DNA from: an uncultured delta proteobacterium | Lineage (GTDB): Bacteria > Desulfobacterota > Desulfobacteria > Desulfobacterales > B30-G6 | Direction of reading: 5' to 3' | DNA: 64,000 nt | Assembly: GCA_963823335.1 (NCBI GenBank) | Contig: CAWGLD010000004.1 | Span: 416,001 to 480,000, forward strand | Part shown: piece after piece, positions 1 through 9,642 of the stretch | Layout: each line of letters begins with the position of its first letter | Numbering within the stretch: the first letter of the stretch is position 1 | Made by a program: the position numbers and the translations under genes | Notes under the pieces: model-generated | The model's database searches: none | The model's input: the letters and a program-made list of their open reading frames with translations, nothing else | What the model was told of the DNA's origin: nothing

Positions 1-179
1 AACCCGTAAGCCCCCACACACACTATCAGTATTGCGGTACCTTTAAAGCCTAAAAATCTAAATACCATGGGAAGCAGATTTAACATGCCGCCCCCACGAC
101 CTGAACGGTCGCGTCCGGAGATCCGCATACTTCGTCGATCTTCCACATTGCTGCTTTTACGATTTCCACGCCAACGCAT
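1..179 (-). CDS. ypfJ: Neutral zinc metallopeptidase, YpfJ-like (N-terminus only; runs off window start)
   Basis: Not in the ORF track. Manual translation from ATG 179 (GGAGA upstream) gives MRWRGNRKSSNVEDRR...GGG followed by a hydrophobic segment, the characteristic YpfJ N-terminus. Confidence 0.75.
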   Translation of the reverse strand, partial: MRWRGNRKSSNVEDRRSMRISGRDRSGRGGGMLNLLPMVFRFLGFKGTAILIVCVGAYG

Positions 180-203
180 CACTATTCTCCCAATCTGTTT
201 GCG

Positions 204-1466
204 TTACATCTCCTCCGCTATCGACACTGTCCGATCTCCCAGCATATTGACATAGCTGCCCATCTCGTTGTCGTACCAGCCATAAATGACTGCCTGGGTT
301 ACCGGGACTCTGATGATGGTCTTTTTCAAGGAAGCCACCACGGTTGCGTCGAGACCTGGTACCCGTTCGAGATCGATGGTCACTTCGGCCGTCCGTCGAT
401 GGGTCTCGTGTCCCTCTATAATGGCTGCAGCCCTGGGAAGGCCTATGATATCCCCTGAAACATTCTGATCGTCGGTGTAGTGGAGATATCCGTTCGGATC
501 GTTCTCCGCTGTCTGCCGGTAAATGTCATTGATAAGATCCCGGCGTATGGGTTCGTTTGACAGCTCTTCCTGAAGGTTGACCACCAGAATGATCAAAGAG
601 CCGGAGGCGGTGGGGATTCGGACTGATTCCGCGATAAATCCTATCTGCGCCATTTCGGGAATCACAAGCCTCAAGGCATTGGCAGCACCCGTTGTCGTCA
701 GAATGATATTGTTCATAATGCTTCTGTTTTTGCGAAGGTCGGTTTTACCCTGTTTCGGCAGTCGGTCCAGCACCGCCTGGGACCCTGTCGCTGCATGAAC
801 GGTGGCCATGGATGCAGACAGGATACGCTTGGGACCAAATGCATTCAACAGAGGCTTTACCATGTGTGCCAGACAGGTGGTTGTACAGGATGCATTCGAT
901 ATGATCCGATGCCTTCTCGGATCATAATCGTTGGCATTTATGCCCATGACCGTCGTGACAGCATCTTCCGGCATAGCGGTGATCTTGTCCACGATCTTGA
1001 AAGGCGCAGAGAGAATGACCTTGTCGGCACCGGCTTCCAGATGTCCCCTTGCTGATCCGTTGGGATGCTCAGCCGGCAGGGTCGGGTCGAGAAACTGGCC
1101 AGTGGTGTCCACCACCAGCCGGACGTTTTCCTGGCGCCATCCGATCTCGCAGGGGAGTCTGTTTGAACGTAAAAATTTCACGCGTGTGCCGTCCATCATC
1201 ATGGTACCCGCATTCTCGTTCAACTCTGATATTACAGGTGTTGCAGCCTGCCCATATAGGAAGGCGTGAAGCCGACCATATGTTGAATCTCTTTCGGCAT
1301 AATGGGCAATATCCTGAAGGGACGTTCCCGATGCACGACCGATATTGACAACGATCTCTTTAAAGTATTTGCGCGCGATGTGATGCCACACGGTCAGCTT
1401 GCCGATTCTGCCGAATCCAGCCACCCCCAGTTTCAGATCATTGGTGTTTGCGCTGTCTTTTCTCAT
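204..1466 (-). CDS. gap: Type I glyceraldehyde-3-phosphate dehydrogenase-like protein, enlarged (420 aa)
   Basis: GFGRIG Rossmann motif, DSTYG, SNASCTT catalytic Cys, TVHA, TTTGAA, WYDNE; RBS AGGAGG. Confidence 0.85.
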   Translation of the reverse strand: MRKDSANTNDLKLGVAGFGRIGKLTVWHHIARKYFKEIVVNIGRASGTSLQDIAHYAERDSTYGRLHAFLYGQAATPVISELNENAGTMMMDGTRVKFLRSNRLPCEIGWRQENVRLVVDTTGQFLDPTLPAEHPNGSARGHLEAGADKVILSAPFKIVDKITAMPEDAVTTVMGINANDYDPRRHRIISNASCTTTCLAHMVKPLLNAFGPKRILSASMATVHAATGSQAVLDRLPKQGKTDLRKNRSIMNNIILTTTGAANALRLVIPEMAQIGFIAESVRIPTASGSLIILVVNLQEELSNEPIRRDLINDIYRQTAENDPNGYLHYTDDQNVSGDIIGLPRAAAIIEGHETHRRTAEVTIDLERVPGLDATVVASLKKTIIRVPVTQAVIYGWYDNEMGSYVNMLGDRTVSIAEEM

Positions 1467-1496
1467 GTTGCCTCCTGAACCATCAATTATGCCGGG

Positions 1497-4400
1497 TTAG
1501 GATGTGTTTACCGCTAAGGTTCCCAGGTATACCGACCCTTCGCGTCCATCGATGCTGATCCTGTCCCCCGAAGTCATACGAACCTTACCAAAAGAACAGA
1601 CCTTCTCCTTTTCATCACACACCATGTCGTTGCATCCCACAACACTTGTCTTCCCCAGTCGATGGGTGACCACGGCCGCATGAGACGTGACACCACCCCG
1701 GGAGGTCAACAGTCCGTCAGAAGCATAAATCTCCTTGATATCGTCCGGCACCGTATCACTCCTGACCAGGATCAGGGGTGTGTCAGGCTCCAGTTGACGC
1801 CATCTGTCAATTTCTTTGAGGGTGAAAACGATCCGCCCGCTTATGGCACCGCCACTAACGCCTATACCATGCCCTAGGAATCGATCTTCTTCGATCATGT
1901 CCAGGTTGAAGGTCATGGCCTTCTTCCGCTCGCGTATACCCATATCACGCGTCTGCAGCAGGTATAAATCTCTTGCTTCGGGGCCTTCAAATGTAAATTC
2001 CATCTCCTGGGGACTCCATCCACGTCTTTCGATCAGTTCGATGGCCCAGCCTTTCATGGTCTCGTAAATCTTTGGAAAATGTGTTTCCAGGGTAATATCG
2101 GTTTCCCGCATCTCGATATCCTGTTGGGAAATCGAGATCGGCAATGTCGTAACCAGACCGGAAACCACGTCCTCTCCCTGGTTGCCGATGGTAAAATCAC
2201 CCCATAACCGAAGACTGTCGCCTAACCACCTCGGGTTGTGCGTAAAGAACACACCCGCGCCGGCCTGTTCCGACAGATTGCCGAAAACCATGGTTTGCAC
2301 AGTAACCGCCGTACCCCAATCGTCCGATATGCCCATGATTTTTCGATAGGTTCTGGCGCGGGAGGATTTCCAGCTTCCCAGGACGTTTCGAATCGTCTCA
2401 TAGAGCTGTTCCAGGGGGTCCTCCATGATTCTAACACCCGTGTCATTGATAAAACGTTTGTACGATAAAGCTACTTTACGCATCTGTCTGCCCGTCAGGT
2501 CGCGTTTGAACTGAACCCCGGCGCGTCGTTTTAATTCACCGATAATGGCATCAAAATCATCCCGTTCCAGACCAAATGACATGCCGTAACATTGCAGAAA
2601 ACGCCGATAGCTGTCCCATGCAAACCATTCGTTTTTCGTCACCGCGGCGATTCCTTCTGTAATCTCCTCATTGATCCCTACATTTAGAAATGTATCCATC
2701 ATCCCCGGTTGGGAGATGGACGATCCACTCCTCACCGAAAAAAGAAGCGGATTTTTCGGACTCCCAAAGGATTTCCCGGTCCGTTCTTCGATGACCGAGA
2801 TCTGCTGCACTACCTGCTCCCTGAAATTATCTTCGGCAGGTTTATAGCTCTCGATAATTTCCTGACACCTAAAAACCTCCGTTGTAAGGATAAAGCCGGG
2901 GGGCACCGGCATGCCGTAATTGTTCAGTTTTACCATATTCAGACCCTTGCTTCCCAGATGAATGATACCGGAAACTCTCGGGCTGACACCATGGATCAGC
3001 GCCATGGCATTTTTGGGATCGTATAACAGAAGTTGTTGTAGCTGCTTCTTGGGAAGCTTGTTGGCTTGCTGAAAGAGTGTGCTGAGAATGCGACTCAAAA
3101 AAAGATCCAGCTGCTGGATACCGGTGGTCATGGCAATCCTGTCACGAAAAAATATCTCAGAAATGCGGTGCTGGAAATTCTCTTTTTCAGGCTCGCCGCT
3201 TGCCGGAAGATACTTTTTCATAACCTGGTTCGGGGTCAATTTCTCAATGATACCCATCAGGTTTTTGCCATGCATGTTCCCGAAATGATCATTGGTGATA
3301 TTTTTTACCGCCTGGGCAAACCCTTTGAAAATATCCAGGTACTGTGTGAAGGTGAATCCCCTGGCCTCCAGGGAATGCGCAAGCATTTCAATCTGTCTTT
3401 CGACTTCCACCGAATGGATTCCCTCGATTTTGAGGGCCTTGTCGAAAAGCATGAGATGGTCATAAATCTGGTAGAATGTTGCCTTGGTTATCAGACTCAG
3501 ATCCGTGCTTTCCACGAGTTCCTCAAAGAGAGTATTCACGAGAGACTCGAGTCGATACGTCAAACCCAGTGCGTCAAATTTCATCTCGTGGTAGGATCCG
3601 TACATGGAAGGGATGTCGACCGTAAAATGCCTCTTTTTGTATATATCCTCTTTCACCTCGAATGGTGTGTCTGACAGAATAAGGTATTTCAAAAATTCGA
3701 GATACTCGAGCATCATGGAGATCTTTTTCCTCAAAGACGGCTCGGCCAGTGCAGCTTCGAGCTTGTCGAGACCCGGAAAAGCTTCTATTTTCAATTTCCG
3801 GATATGGTTATTGACCTCAATAAAATCGAGATGGTACTTCTGCTGAAGATGCCGGTAAAAGGATACCGCCAGAAGCATCTTCTCCACATCGCTCTCTGGA
3901 GCATCCTTCATATCCCCCAGCAACGCCTTCAGATGGTCTTCTTCGATGGTAAGAAGATCCCCCGGAAAATTCAGGTTTTTCCCGGCCAGGTGGTTGATCA
4001 CAGCGTTTAAGCCGTCAATATAGGGCCCTTGGCTTTGAATCTGGTTAAAAATGACCGGTGGTAAAAATGGTTTTAAGAGCTCCTTATCCCTTGTCTGCCA
4101 GAATTTCAGGGTGGCCTCCATGAAAAGGATAATGAGATTGCTGCTTTCTACATGGCTCTGCTTGCGCAGGAAATGAACCAGTACATCCTTTCTCTGACAC
4201 AGCTCATCGATACGCGTGGATATGTCCCGGAGATTGCCCTCGGCGCCGATATCGTTAAAGTAGACCGGGAAGAGACGCGCCAGCTGTTTGATGAGATTAT
4301 ATACCGGTTCGATGTCACTGTTCAAAATCCGGGTAATGTCACGGGGAAACAGGTCCGTATCCTTGATAAAAACACCGCACAAAGACAGATAGATGGTCAG

Positions 4401-5678
4401 ACTGGATATCAACCGAATGGAGTATTTTGGATTCAACTCGATCAATTCCAGCCAGGTCCGAATATTCAGGATATGAGATGGGTTGACCTTTACCTGCCAG
4501 TCATCCCCCACCCCGCCGAGCCTGGGTGCCTGGAAACCGAGATCGATGACATTCTCGACAAAATGATTCACCAACTCGCTGTCATCCGTCTTGTAAACCC
4601 CCTTGCCCATATTCAAAACACAATTGAGCGCTGTGGCAGGGTATCTCTCCGCTTGAAGATGAAGAATGGAAAAGGTCTTCTCTATCAAATTCCAGATATA
4701 AAAATGGGCCTCGTTTCCGATCAGCCAGCTCAGGGTTCGGTTGATATCCCTCAAGGCTTCCTCGTGAATAGTGGACAACCCCGAAACATTCATCATCAGG
4801 AACAAAAAGATGACCTTCCACCGGTTGCCCTTATTGTTTCGGGCCCCGGCCTCCAGGAGTTTTTCGGGAATCCTGCGATAATGTTCAACGATCTGATTGT
4901 AACCGGTGAGCTGAATCAACTGCGCTGTCAGTTCCCGGTGAGCAACCTCGCCCACATCGGCAATACGTGAAAGCTGTCGTTCCCATTTGCGGATGGTTGC
5001 ATGCGATATGCCTTTGAACAAAGAGTCCCAATCACATCCTGGTTCTCCCCCCTCGACCTTGCTTTCGAACCAGGTCTGGGGATCCTTTTCACTCAGCCAG
5101 TACTGATACGTTGCATGGAAATAGCGAATGATCAGTCGATTCAGATCCGAACAGTCCATATCCGAATGTTCGGTATTCTCCAGGAGATTTTCACCCAGTC
5201 GTTTCAATTGATAGTGGCTTTTGACAAACAGAAAGAAAATATCGTTCGGATAATTCTGGATTACCTGGAAAGCATGACAGAGCACCGGGGAAAATCGATC
5301 CAGGGCATCTCCTGAATCTTTTAATAGTTTCTGGATAAACAGCAGCAGGTTGTCCACCGCGTCCCTCTTGGTGGACATGGCGCATTCCGCAGTTATGGTC
5401 TCGGACAGAATCTCAACAAAGCATCGCGCTGCATCCGCACCCTGGGGATGTGCTTTCAGCAGGTGGAAATAGTCCAGGGAATAGTTTCTGGCTTCATTGA
5501 CGATAAACTGCCAGTTTTTATATGGGTGGGACAATTCCTCCAAAAAGGTCCTGACCCCCTCCCGGATGCCGAAGTATTGCGACATGGCCTCATGAAGGGC
5601 ATCGTACCTGGGGTCTATGGTGACATCGACATGGTAATCTGCGATGTTGACTTCAAGCGCTTTGGATTTGATGGTCAA
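1497..5678 (-). CDS. PPDK-like dikinase: ~900-aa N-terminal region, nucleotide-binding domain and phospho-His swivel domain; no C-terminal pyruvate domain
   Basis: GSKG...VPPGF, SVRSGS..SQPGMMDT, QTMVFGN, QGEDVVSG, EMEFT, LLQTR, GGVTSHAAVV; protein ends just after the His domain. Confidence 0.85.
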   Translation of the reverse strand: MTIKSKALEVNIADYHVDVTIDPRYDALHEAMSQYFGIREGVRTFLEELSHPYKNWQFIVNEARNYSLDYFHLLKAHPQGADAARCFVEILSETITAECAMSTKRDAVDNLLLFIQKLLKDSGDALDRFSPVLCHAFQVIQNYPNDIFFLFVKSHYQLKRLGENLLENTEHSDMDCSDLNRLIIRYFHATYQYWLSEKDPQTWFESKVEGGEPGCDWDSLFKGISHATIRKWERQLSRIADVGEVAHRELTAQLIQLTGYNQIVEHYRRIPEKLLEAGARNNKGNRWKVIFLFLMMNVSGLSTIHEEALRDINRTLSWLIGNEAHFYIWNLIEKTFSILHLQAERYPATALNCVLNMGKGVYKTDDSELVNHFVENVIDLGFQAPRLGGVGDDWQVKVNPSHILNIRTWLELIELNPKYSIRLISSLTIYLSLCGVFIKDTDLFPRDITRILNSDIEPVYNLIKQLARLFPVYFNDIGAEGNLRDISTRIDELCQRKDVLVHFLRKQSHVESSNLIILFMEATLKFWQTRDKELLKPFLPPVIFNQIQSQGPYIDGLNAVINHLAGKNLNFPGDLLTIEEDHLKALLGDMKDAPESDVEKMLLAVSFYRHLQQKYHLDFIEVNNHIRKLKIEAFPGLDKLEAALAEPSLRKKISMMLEYLEFLKYLILSDTPFEVKEDIYKKRHFTVDIPSMYGSYHEMKFDALGLTYRLESLVNTLFEELVESTDLSLITKATFYQIYDHLMLFDKALKIEGIHSVEVERQIEMLAHSLEARGFTFTQYLDIFKGFAQAVKNITNDHFGNMHGKNLMGIIEKLTPNQVMKKYLPASGEPEKENFQHRISEIFFRDRIAMTTGIQQLDLFLSRILSTLFQQANKLPKKQLQQLLLYDPKNAMALIHGVSPRVSGIIHLGSKGLNMVKLNNYGMPVPPGFILTTEVFRCQEIIESYKPAEDNFREQVVQQISVIEERTGKSFGSPKNPLLFSVRSGSSISQPGMMDTFLNVGINEEITEGIAAVTKNEWFAWDSYRRFLQCYGMSFGLERDDFDAIIGELKRRAGVQFKRDLTGRQMRKVALSYKRFINDTGVRIMEDPLEQLYETIRNVLGSWKSSRARTYRKIMGISDDWGTAVTVQTMVFGNLSEQAGAGVFFTHNPRWLGDSLRLWGDFTIGNQGEDVVSGLVTTLPISISQQDIEMRETDITLETHFPKIYETMKGWAIELIERRGWSPQEMEFTFEGPEARDLYLLQTRDMGIRERKKAMTFNLDMIEEDRFLGHGIGVSGGAISGRIVFTLKEIDRWRQLEPDTPLILVRSDTVPDDIKEIYASDGLLTSRGGVTSHAAVVTHRLGKTSVVGCNDMVCDEKEKVCSFGKVRMTSGDRISIDGREGSVYLGTLAVNTS

Positions 5679-6051
5679 AGTAACTCTCCATATACTGTCA
5701 GCGGTCAGCTTTCATAGCGTTCAATAGAATAACAATCCGAGCAAGATTAACAGAAAAATCGTTGAAATTCAAGGAGAGTTGACCTTCGACATCGTTCGTG
5801 TAACCTGACGGCAGGCTGATCTAATCTCAGAAACATCATCAATCCGGCAGGACATTACGCGAGTGATACAGATTGATCATAATATGTTTTTTTTAAATAA
5901 AAGGAGTCTCCTCGGCTGAGGGACTTATTCGGAATATATTCATTAGAAACAGGCCTCAACTGGCAACGCATTTGTACCAGGCCGAGGTTCTTTTGATCCA
6001 ATCAGCATCATTGGCTTTGCGGAGTTTCTAATGTGAATAAATAAACCATAA

Positions 6052-6194
6052 TGAAACCGTAGTGTCAGCCTTGTGTCTTCGTAGTTTCATTTACGTGGTC
6101 TTCGCCGACAATTTGTTGTTCACCTGGCTGACCGATCATATTTATGTCGCGCTCACGGGCTTCACTTATGTATCGACCTTAAAATACGGTTTCA
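6052..6194 (-). ncRNA. Candidate IS110 non-coding (bridge/seek-type) RNA downstream of the transposase
   Basis: Perfect 10-bp closing stem TGAAACCGTA/TACGGTTTCA enclosing two stem-loops with large loops (GTCAGCC/GGCTGAC; 6130-6140 with 6167-6178). Confidence 0.4.
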
Positions 6195-6678
6195 CTTCGC
6201 CTCTAACGGCACCAGGTTAAAGCCAAGATACTTGTCTTTATAGTAGGAGCCTTTTGTCCTCACAGCAGCCCAGGCAATTTCGATCATCAGTTCCTTAAAA
6301 GGGTGTTTGCGCACCGGACTTCTTCCACTTTTTCGTTTCCCGGCACTCTCATTGTTGCCGGGACAAAGCCCTCCCCATGAAGCTAAAGCTTTCTCTGATC
6401 TAAAGGCTGTTAATGTATCACCAATATGACCGATGATCGATTGGGCTGTTTTTTTATCAATACCGGGAACCTGATCTAGTTGGTCGATCATCTCCTGATG
6501 GGGAAGCATAATATCATCCAGGCGTCTGGTAATAGCTTCAATTTCACTCTCAAGGTGATTGATAGTCTGCATCATCATTTTCAGCTGAAAACGATGAAAC
6601 CATGTCCTTGTGGACATCTAACCCGCAACAAATAGGGTGTACAACGGAAATAATTTTGCTACTGTTTTTCTGTGTCAT
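6192..6678 (-). pseudogene. IS110 transposase remnant with two internal deletions
   Basis: ATG 6678 after GGAGG gives MTQKNSSKIISVVHPICCGLDVHKD (RuvC-like first Asp). It joins out of frame near 6596 to ...VPGID...GLCPGNNESAGKRKSG..., then jumps from YYKDKY to terminal LGFNLVP. Confidence 0.85.
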
Positions 6679-6814
6679 AGCTATCCTCCTTCATTTGATA
6701 AATTTTCATGCTCCATTTTTTAGAGGATAGCTATGGCATTTCAATATAAATTTATGTTTCATGCTTCGTTGTGCGCGTTTGGGCATGAAAATTTATGACA
6801 ACCCCTGTGGAACT

Positions 6815-8077
6815 TCAGCGGCGTGGCGTATCCGGCTGGAAATTGACCCTCAATACCGCATACAGGCTTCCCATGACAAGCATCAGCGATATGAAAAAGA
6901 TGATCCGGTATGAATCCCCGTGCAGACACGCAAAACGATCCAGAAAGTAGCCATAGGCCAATGGGAGTGCCAGCGCAAAAGGTATCGTCAGAATGGGGCC
7001 CACAGCAAAGTAACTGGTGGTGTCTCTTAAACCGGAAAGCTTCTTGACCGAGGGTGGAAAAACAATCATGCGTGTTCCCCTGGAAATCCCCAGCAGAAAA
7101 CTTGCCAGGAAAAAACTCCACTGGTAGTCAAACACTATCAGCAGCAGCAATGCCGCCATGGACGCCATCTTGGAAAAGATATACTTGTTGCGCAGTAAAA
7201 AGAAATCGAGTGAACCCAGGAAGACATTGGTAACAATGGCTCCCACATAGATACAACTCACGAAAAAACCGGCCGCAATCGGCGCTGCGATGCCGCAGAA
7301 GACCGTTGCGTAGTTCGCATAAAAAGAAATAACCGTAACAATCACATAAAAATCCATGTCCCCAGCCAGAAAGATCAGAAAATTCCGGTTCTGGAAAATC
7401 CGGTCCACGGATCGTTGCAGATATTTGAAAAAAGATCTTGGTGAATTGTCATTTTCAGGATCCGGAAGCGATATTTCCTTGGTGGCAAAAAAAAACAGCG
7501 ACCCCAGGCAAAAAAGCAGGCCCACGGTCAGGAAAATACCTCCGGATGCTGTTTGAGAAAATGAGTATTTTTCTACGAATTTAACGAGCAACAAACTGCT
7601 GGCAAGTCTGGCAATATTCTGGGCGATCATCATAAACCCCAGACCGGAAAACGTTCGTTCCTCTGAAAATATATTGACAAGATAGTTCAACCACACCGGA
7701 ACAGTCATACCGAGGCAAATAGTAAAGACAGCGTACGACACGAAAAATATCGTCAGCACCGGCGCATGTTCTCCAAAGGAAAACAGAATCGCCCCAAAAA
7801 AAACCAGGGACATGCCCGATACCAGGTGCAGATATATGACAGACCCGCGCTTGAACGCCAGACCCGCTGTGAAATAGCTGGAAAGTAGTGCAAAAACAGA
7901 GTTCCCCAGGAAAGAAAAAGCAGGGATCAGTCCCACCTGAAAGCTGGAAGCCCCCAGACTCTTCAAGAAAAGCTGCAAAAAGGTCGATTCCAGAACAACC
8001 GGAAGCCCCAGGCCCCAGAGGAATTCACAACCGGATATACCGATAACATTTCGTTTGTAGTAGGTATCAATCAACAC
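6815..8077 (-). CDS. MFS transporter
   Basis: About 12 hydrophobic segments in two halves; probable GTG 8077 or TTG 8074 start after AAGGAG. Confidence 0.8.
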   Translation of the reverse strand: MLIDTYYKRNVIGISGCEFLWGLGLPVVLESTFLQLFLKSLGASSFQVGLIPAFSFLGNSVFALLSSYFTAGLAFKRGSVIYLHLVSGMSLVFFGAILFSFGEHAPVLTIFFVSYAVFTICLGMTVPVWLNYLVNIFSEERTFSGLGFMMIAQNIARLASSLLLVKFVEKYSFSQTASGGIFLTVGLLFCLGSLFFFATKEISLPDPENDNSPRSFFKYLQRSVDRIFQNRNFLIFLAGDMDFYVIVTVISFYANYATVFCGIAAPIAAGFFVSCIYVGAIVTNVFLGSLDFFLLRNKYIFSKMASMAALLLLIVFDYQWSFFLASFLLGISRGTRMIVFPPSVKKLSGLRDTTSYFAVGPILTIPFALALPLAYGYFLDRFACLHGDSYRIIFFISLMLVMGSLYAVLRVNFQPDTPRR

Positions 8078-8224
8078 GATCTCCTTGACCCTCTTAAACA
8101 AGAATGCATCCCTATAGCAGATATGGGAGTAAAGAAAAAGCGTCCATCTATTGGCAGTCAACGAAACCAAAATCCAAAAACTTAAAACAATTTGTTGTGG
8201 TGAACAGAATAGATCTGTTAAAGA

Positions 8225-8992
8225 ATGTTTATGAGGCAGTCAGATTATCGAACACCCAAAAACCAGTCTTTGTGGCTGGCAACACGCTTGCCGGGACTCT
8301 TTTTGTATACCCGAATTATTCTGGTCGTCCTGACAGCAGCCAGGCGCTGCAGGGAGAATACCTATACGCTTGATAAAATAATCGCCAGCAGTTCCAGTAT
8401 TCTGAGAACTCTGGAGCGTATCGGTGCTGATGTTTTGGTGAAGAACATGTCTGCCTTTATTGAGTTGAAAACACCCTGTATCTTTGTGGCCAACCACATG
8501 AGTGCCCTGGAAACCTTTATCCTGCCATGTTTTATCATGCCATACCGTAAAATCACTTTTGTAGTTAAAAAAGGCCTGACCCAATACCCGGTCTTGAAAC
8601 ATGCTATTAACAGTCTTGATCCCATCGTGGTCGATCGCAAGAATCCCAGAAAAGATCTCAAGGCGGTTCTGGAGCAGGGAATTGACGTTCTGAAACAGAA
8701 CATATCCGTTCTCCTTTTCCCCCAAACAACACGAAGTCTTCACTTCGACCCGGCACAATTCAACACCCTCGGCATCAAACTGGCAAAAAAGAGCCGTCTA
8801 CCGATTGTGCCCATCGCCTTGAAGACGGATGCCTGGGGCATCGGTCACCTGTTGAAGGACTTCGGTAAAATCGATCCATCCAAAGCGGTTCGAATGGCCT
8901 TTGGAGATCCCATTCATGTAACCGGAAACGGGAAACAGGAACATCAGCAAATTCTGTCCTTTATCGGGGATACGTTGCGCGGATGGGGATAG
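8225..8992 (+). CDS. Lysophospholipid (1-acyl-sn-glycerol-3-phosphate) acyltransferase family protein
   Basis: FVANHMSALE (HxxxxD/E block), FVVK, VDR, LFPQTTRS, PIVPIAL. Confidence 0.85.
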   Translation: MFMRQSDYRTPKNQSLWLATRLPGLFLYTRIILVVLTAARRCRENTYTLDKIIASSSSILRTLERIGADVLVKNMSAFIELKTPCIFVANHMSALETFILPCFIMPYRKITFVVKKGLTQYPVLKHAINSLDPIVVDRKNPRKDLKAVLEQGIDVLKQNISVLLFPQTTRSLHFDPAQFNTLGIKLAKKSRLPIVPIALKTDAWGIGHLLKDFGKIDPSKAVRMAFGDPIHVTGNGKQEHQQILSFIGDTLRGWG

Positions 8993-8994
8993 AG

Positions 8995-9089
8995 ATGCCT
9001 GCGGGTTGAAGTTCGGGCCCGCCTTGAACTTGACGAAGATCCCGCTCTTTTTGCGGGGAACCAAAACCCTTTTTTTGAGATGGCTTATA
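8995..9089 (+). repeat. Partial copy of the 32556-32701 MITE-like hairpin element
   Basis: 8995-9033 is the exact reverse complement of 32586-32624 (39 bp); ends in the same terminal repeat TTTTTTGAGATGGCTT. Confidence 0.85.
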
Positions 9090-9192
9090 GTCTATCAGAA
9101 GACAGGCGGAATGGCAAGCAGTCTACCGCTTGTTATACAATAACAGCCAATTCTTACGGTAACTTACCTCCATTGAAAACGGTCAAGCCGCT

Positions 9193-9642
9193 ATGACTAC
9201 AATTCGTAAAAAGACCATCCAGGGATTGAATGCGGGTGACACTTTTGCGGTAACACGAACGTTCACTGAAACGGACATGCATCTTTTTGCTGATATCACA
9301 AGAGATTACAACCCTGTTCATTTTAATGAACGCTTTGCAGCATCTAAAAAATTCAATGGGAAAATCTGTCACGGCCTCCTGGCGGCCAGTATCATTACCG
9401 AGATCGGCGGCCAGATCGGATGGCTGGCATCCGGTATGAATTTTCGTTTTAAAAAACCGGTATATTTCAAAGACACCATCACCTGCCACTTCACCATCAC
9501 TTCCATTGACGAGAATGGCAGGGCCATCGCTGAAGCAGTTTACAAAAACCAGGATGGTACGGTTGTACTGGAAGCGACCATCACCGGTATCCTCCCGAAT
9601 GTGCAGGAACGCGACCTTCTGTCGGAGATGATGGACGAGTAG
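9193..9642 (+). CDS. MaoC-family (R)-hydratase/dehydratase
   Basis: FADITRDYNPVH hydratase motif, ICHGLL, FKKPVYFKDT. Confidence 0.9.
   Translation: MTTIRKKTIQGLNAGDTFAVTRTFTETDMHLFADITRDYNPVHFNERFAASKKFNGKICHGLLAASIITEIGGQIGWLASGMNFRFKKPVYFKDTITCHFTITSIDENGRAIAEAVYKNQDGTVVLEATITGILPNVQERDLLSEMMDE

Larger units (their letters stand above)
6030..6800 (-). mobile_element. Internally deleted IS110-family element (boundaries approximate)
   Basis: Transposase N-terminus, middle and C-terminus all present as fragments; structured non-coding DNA on both sides. Confidence 0.75.
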
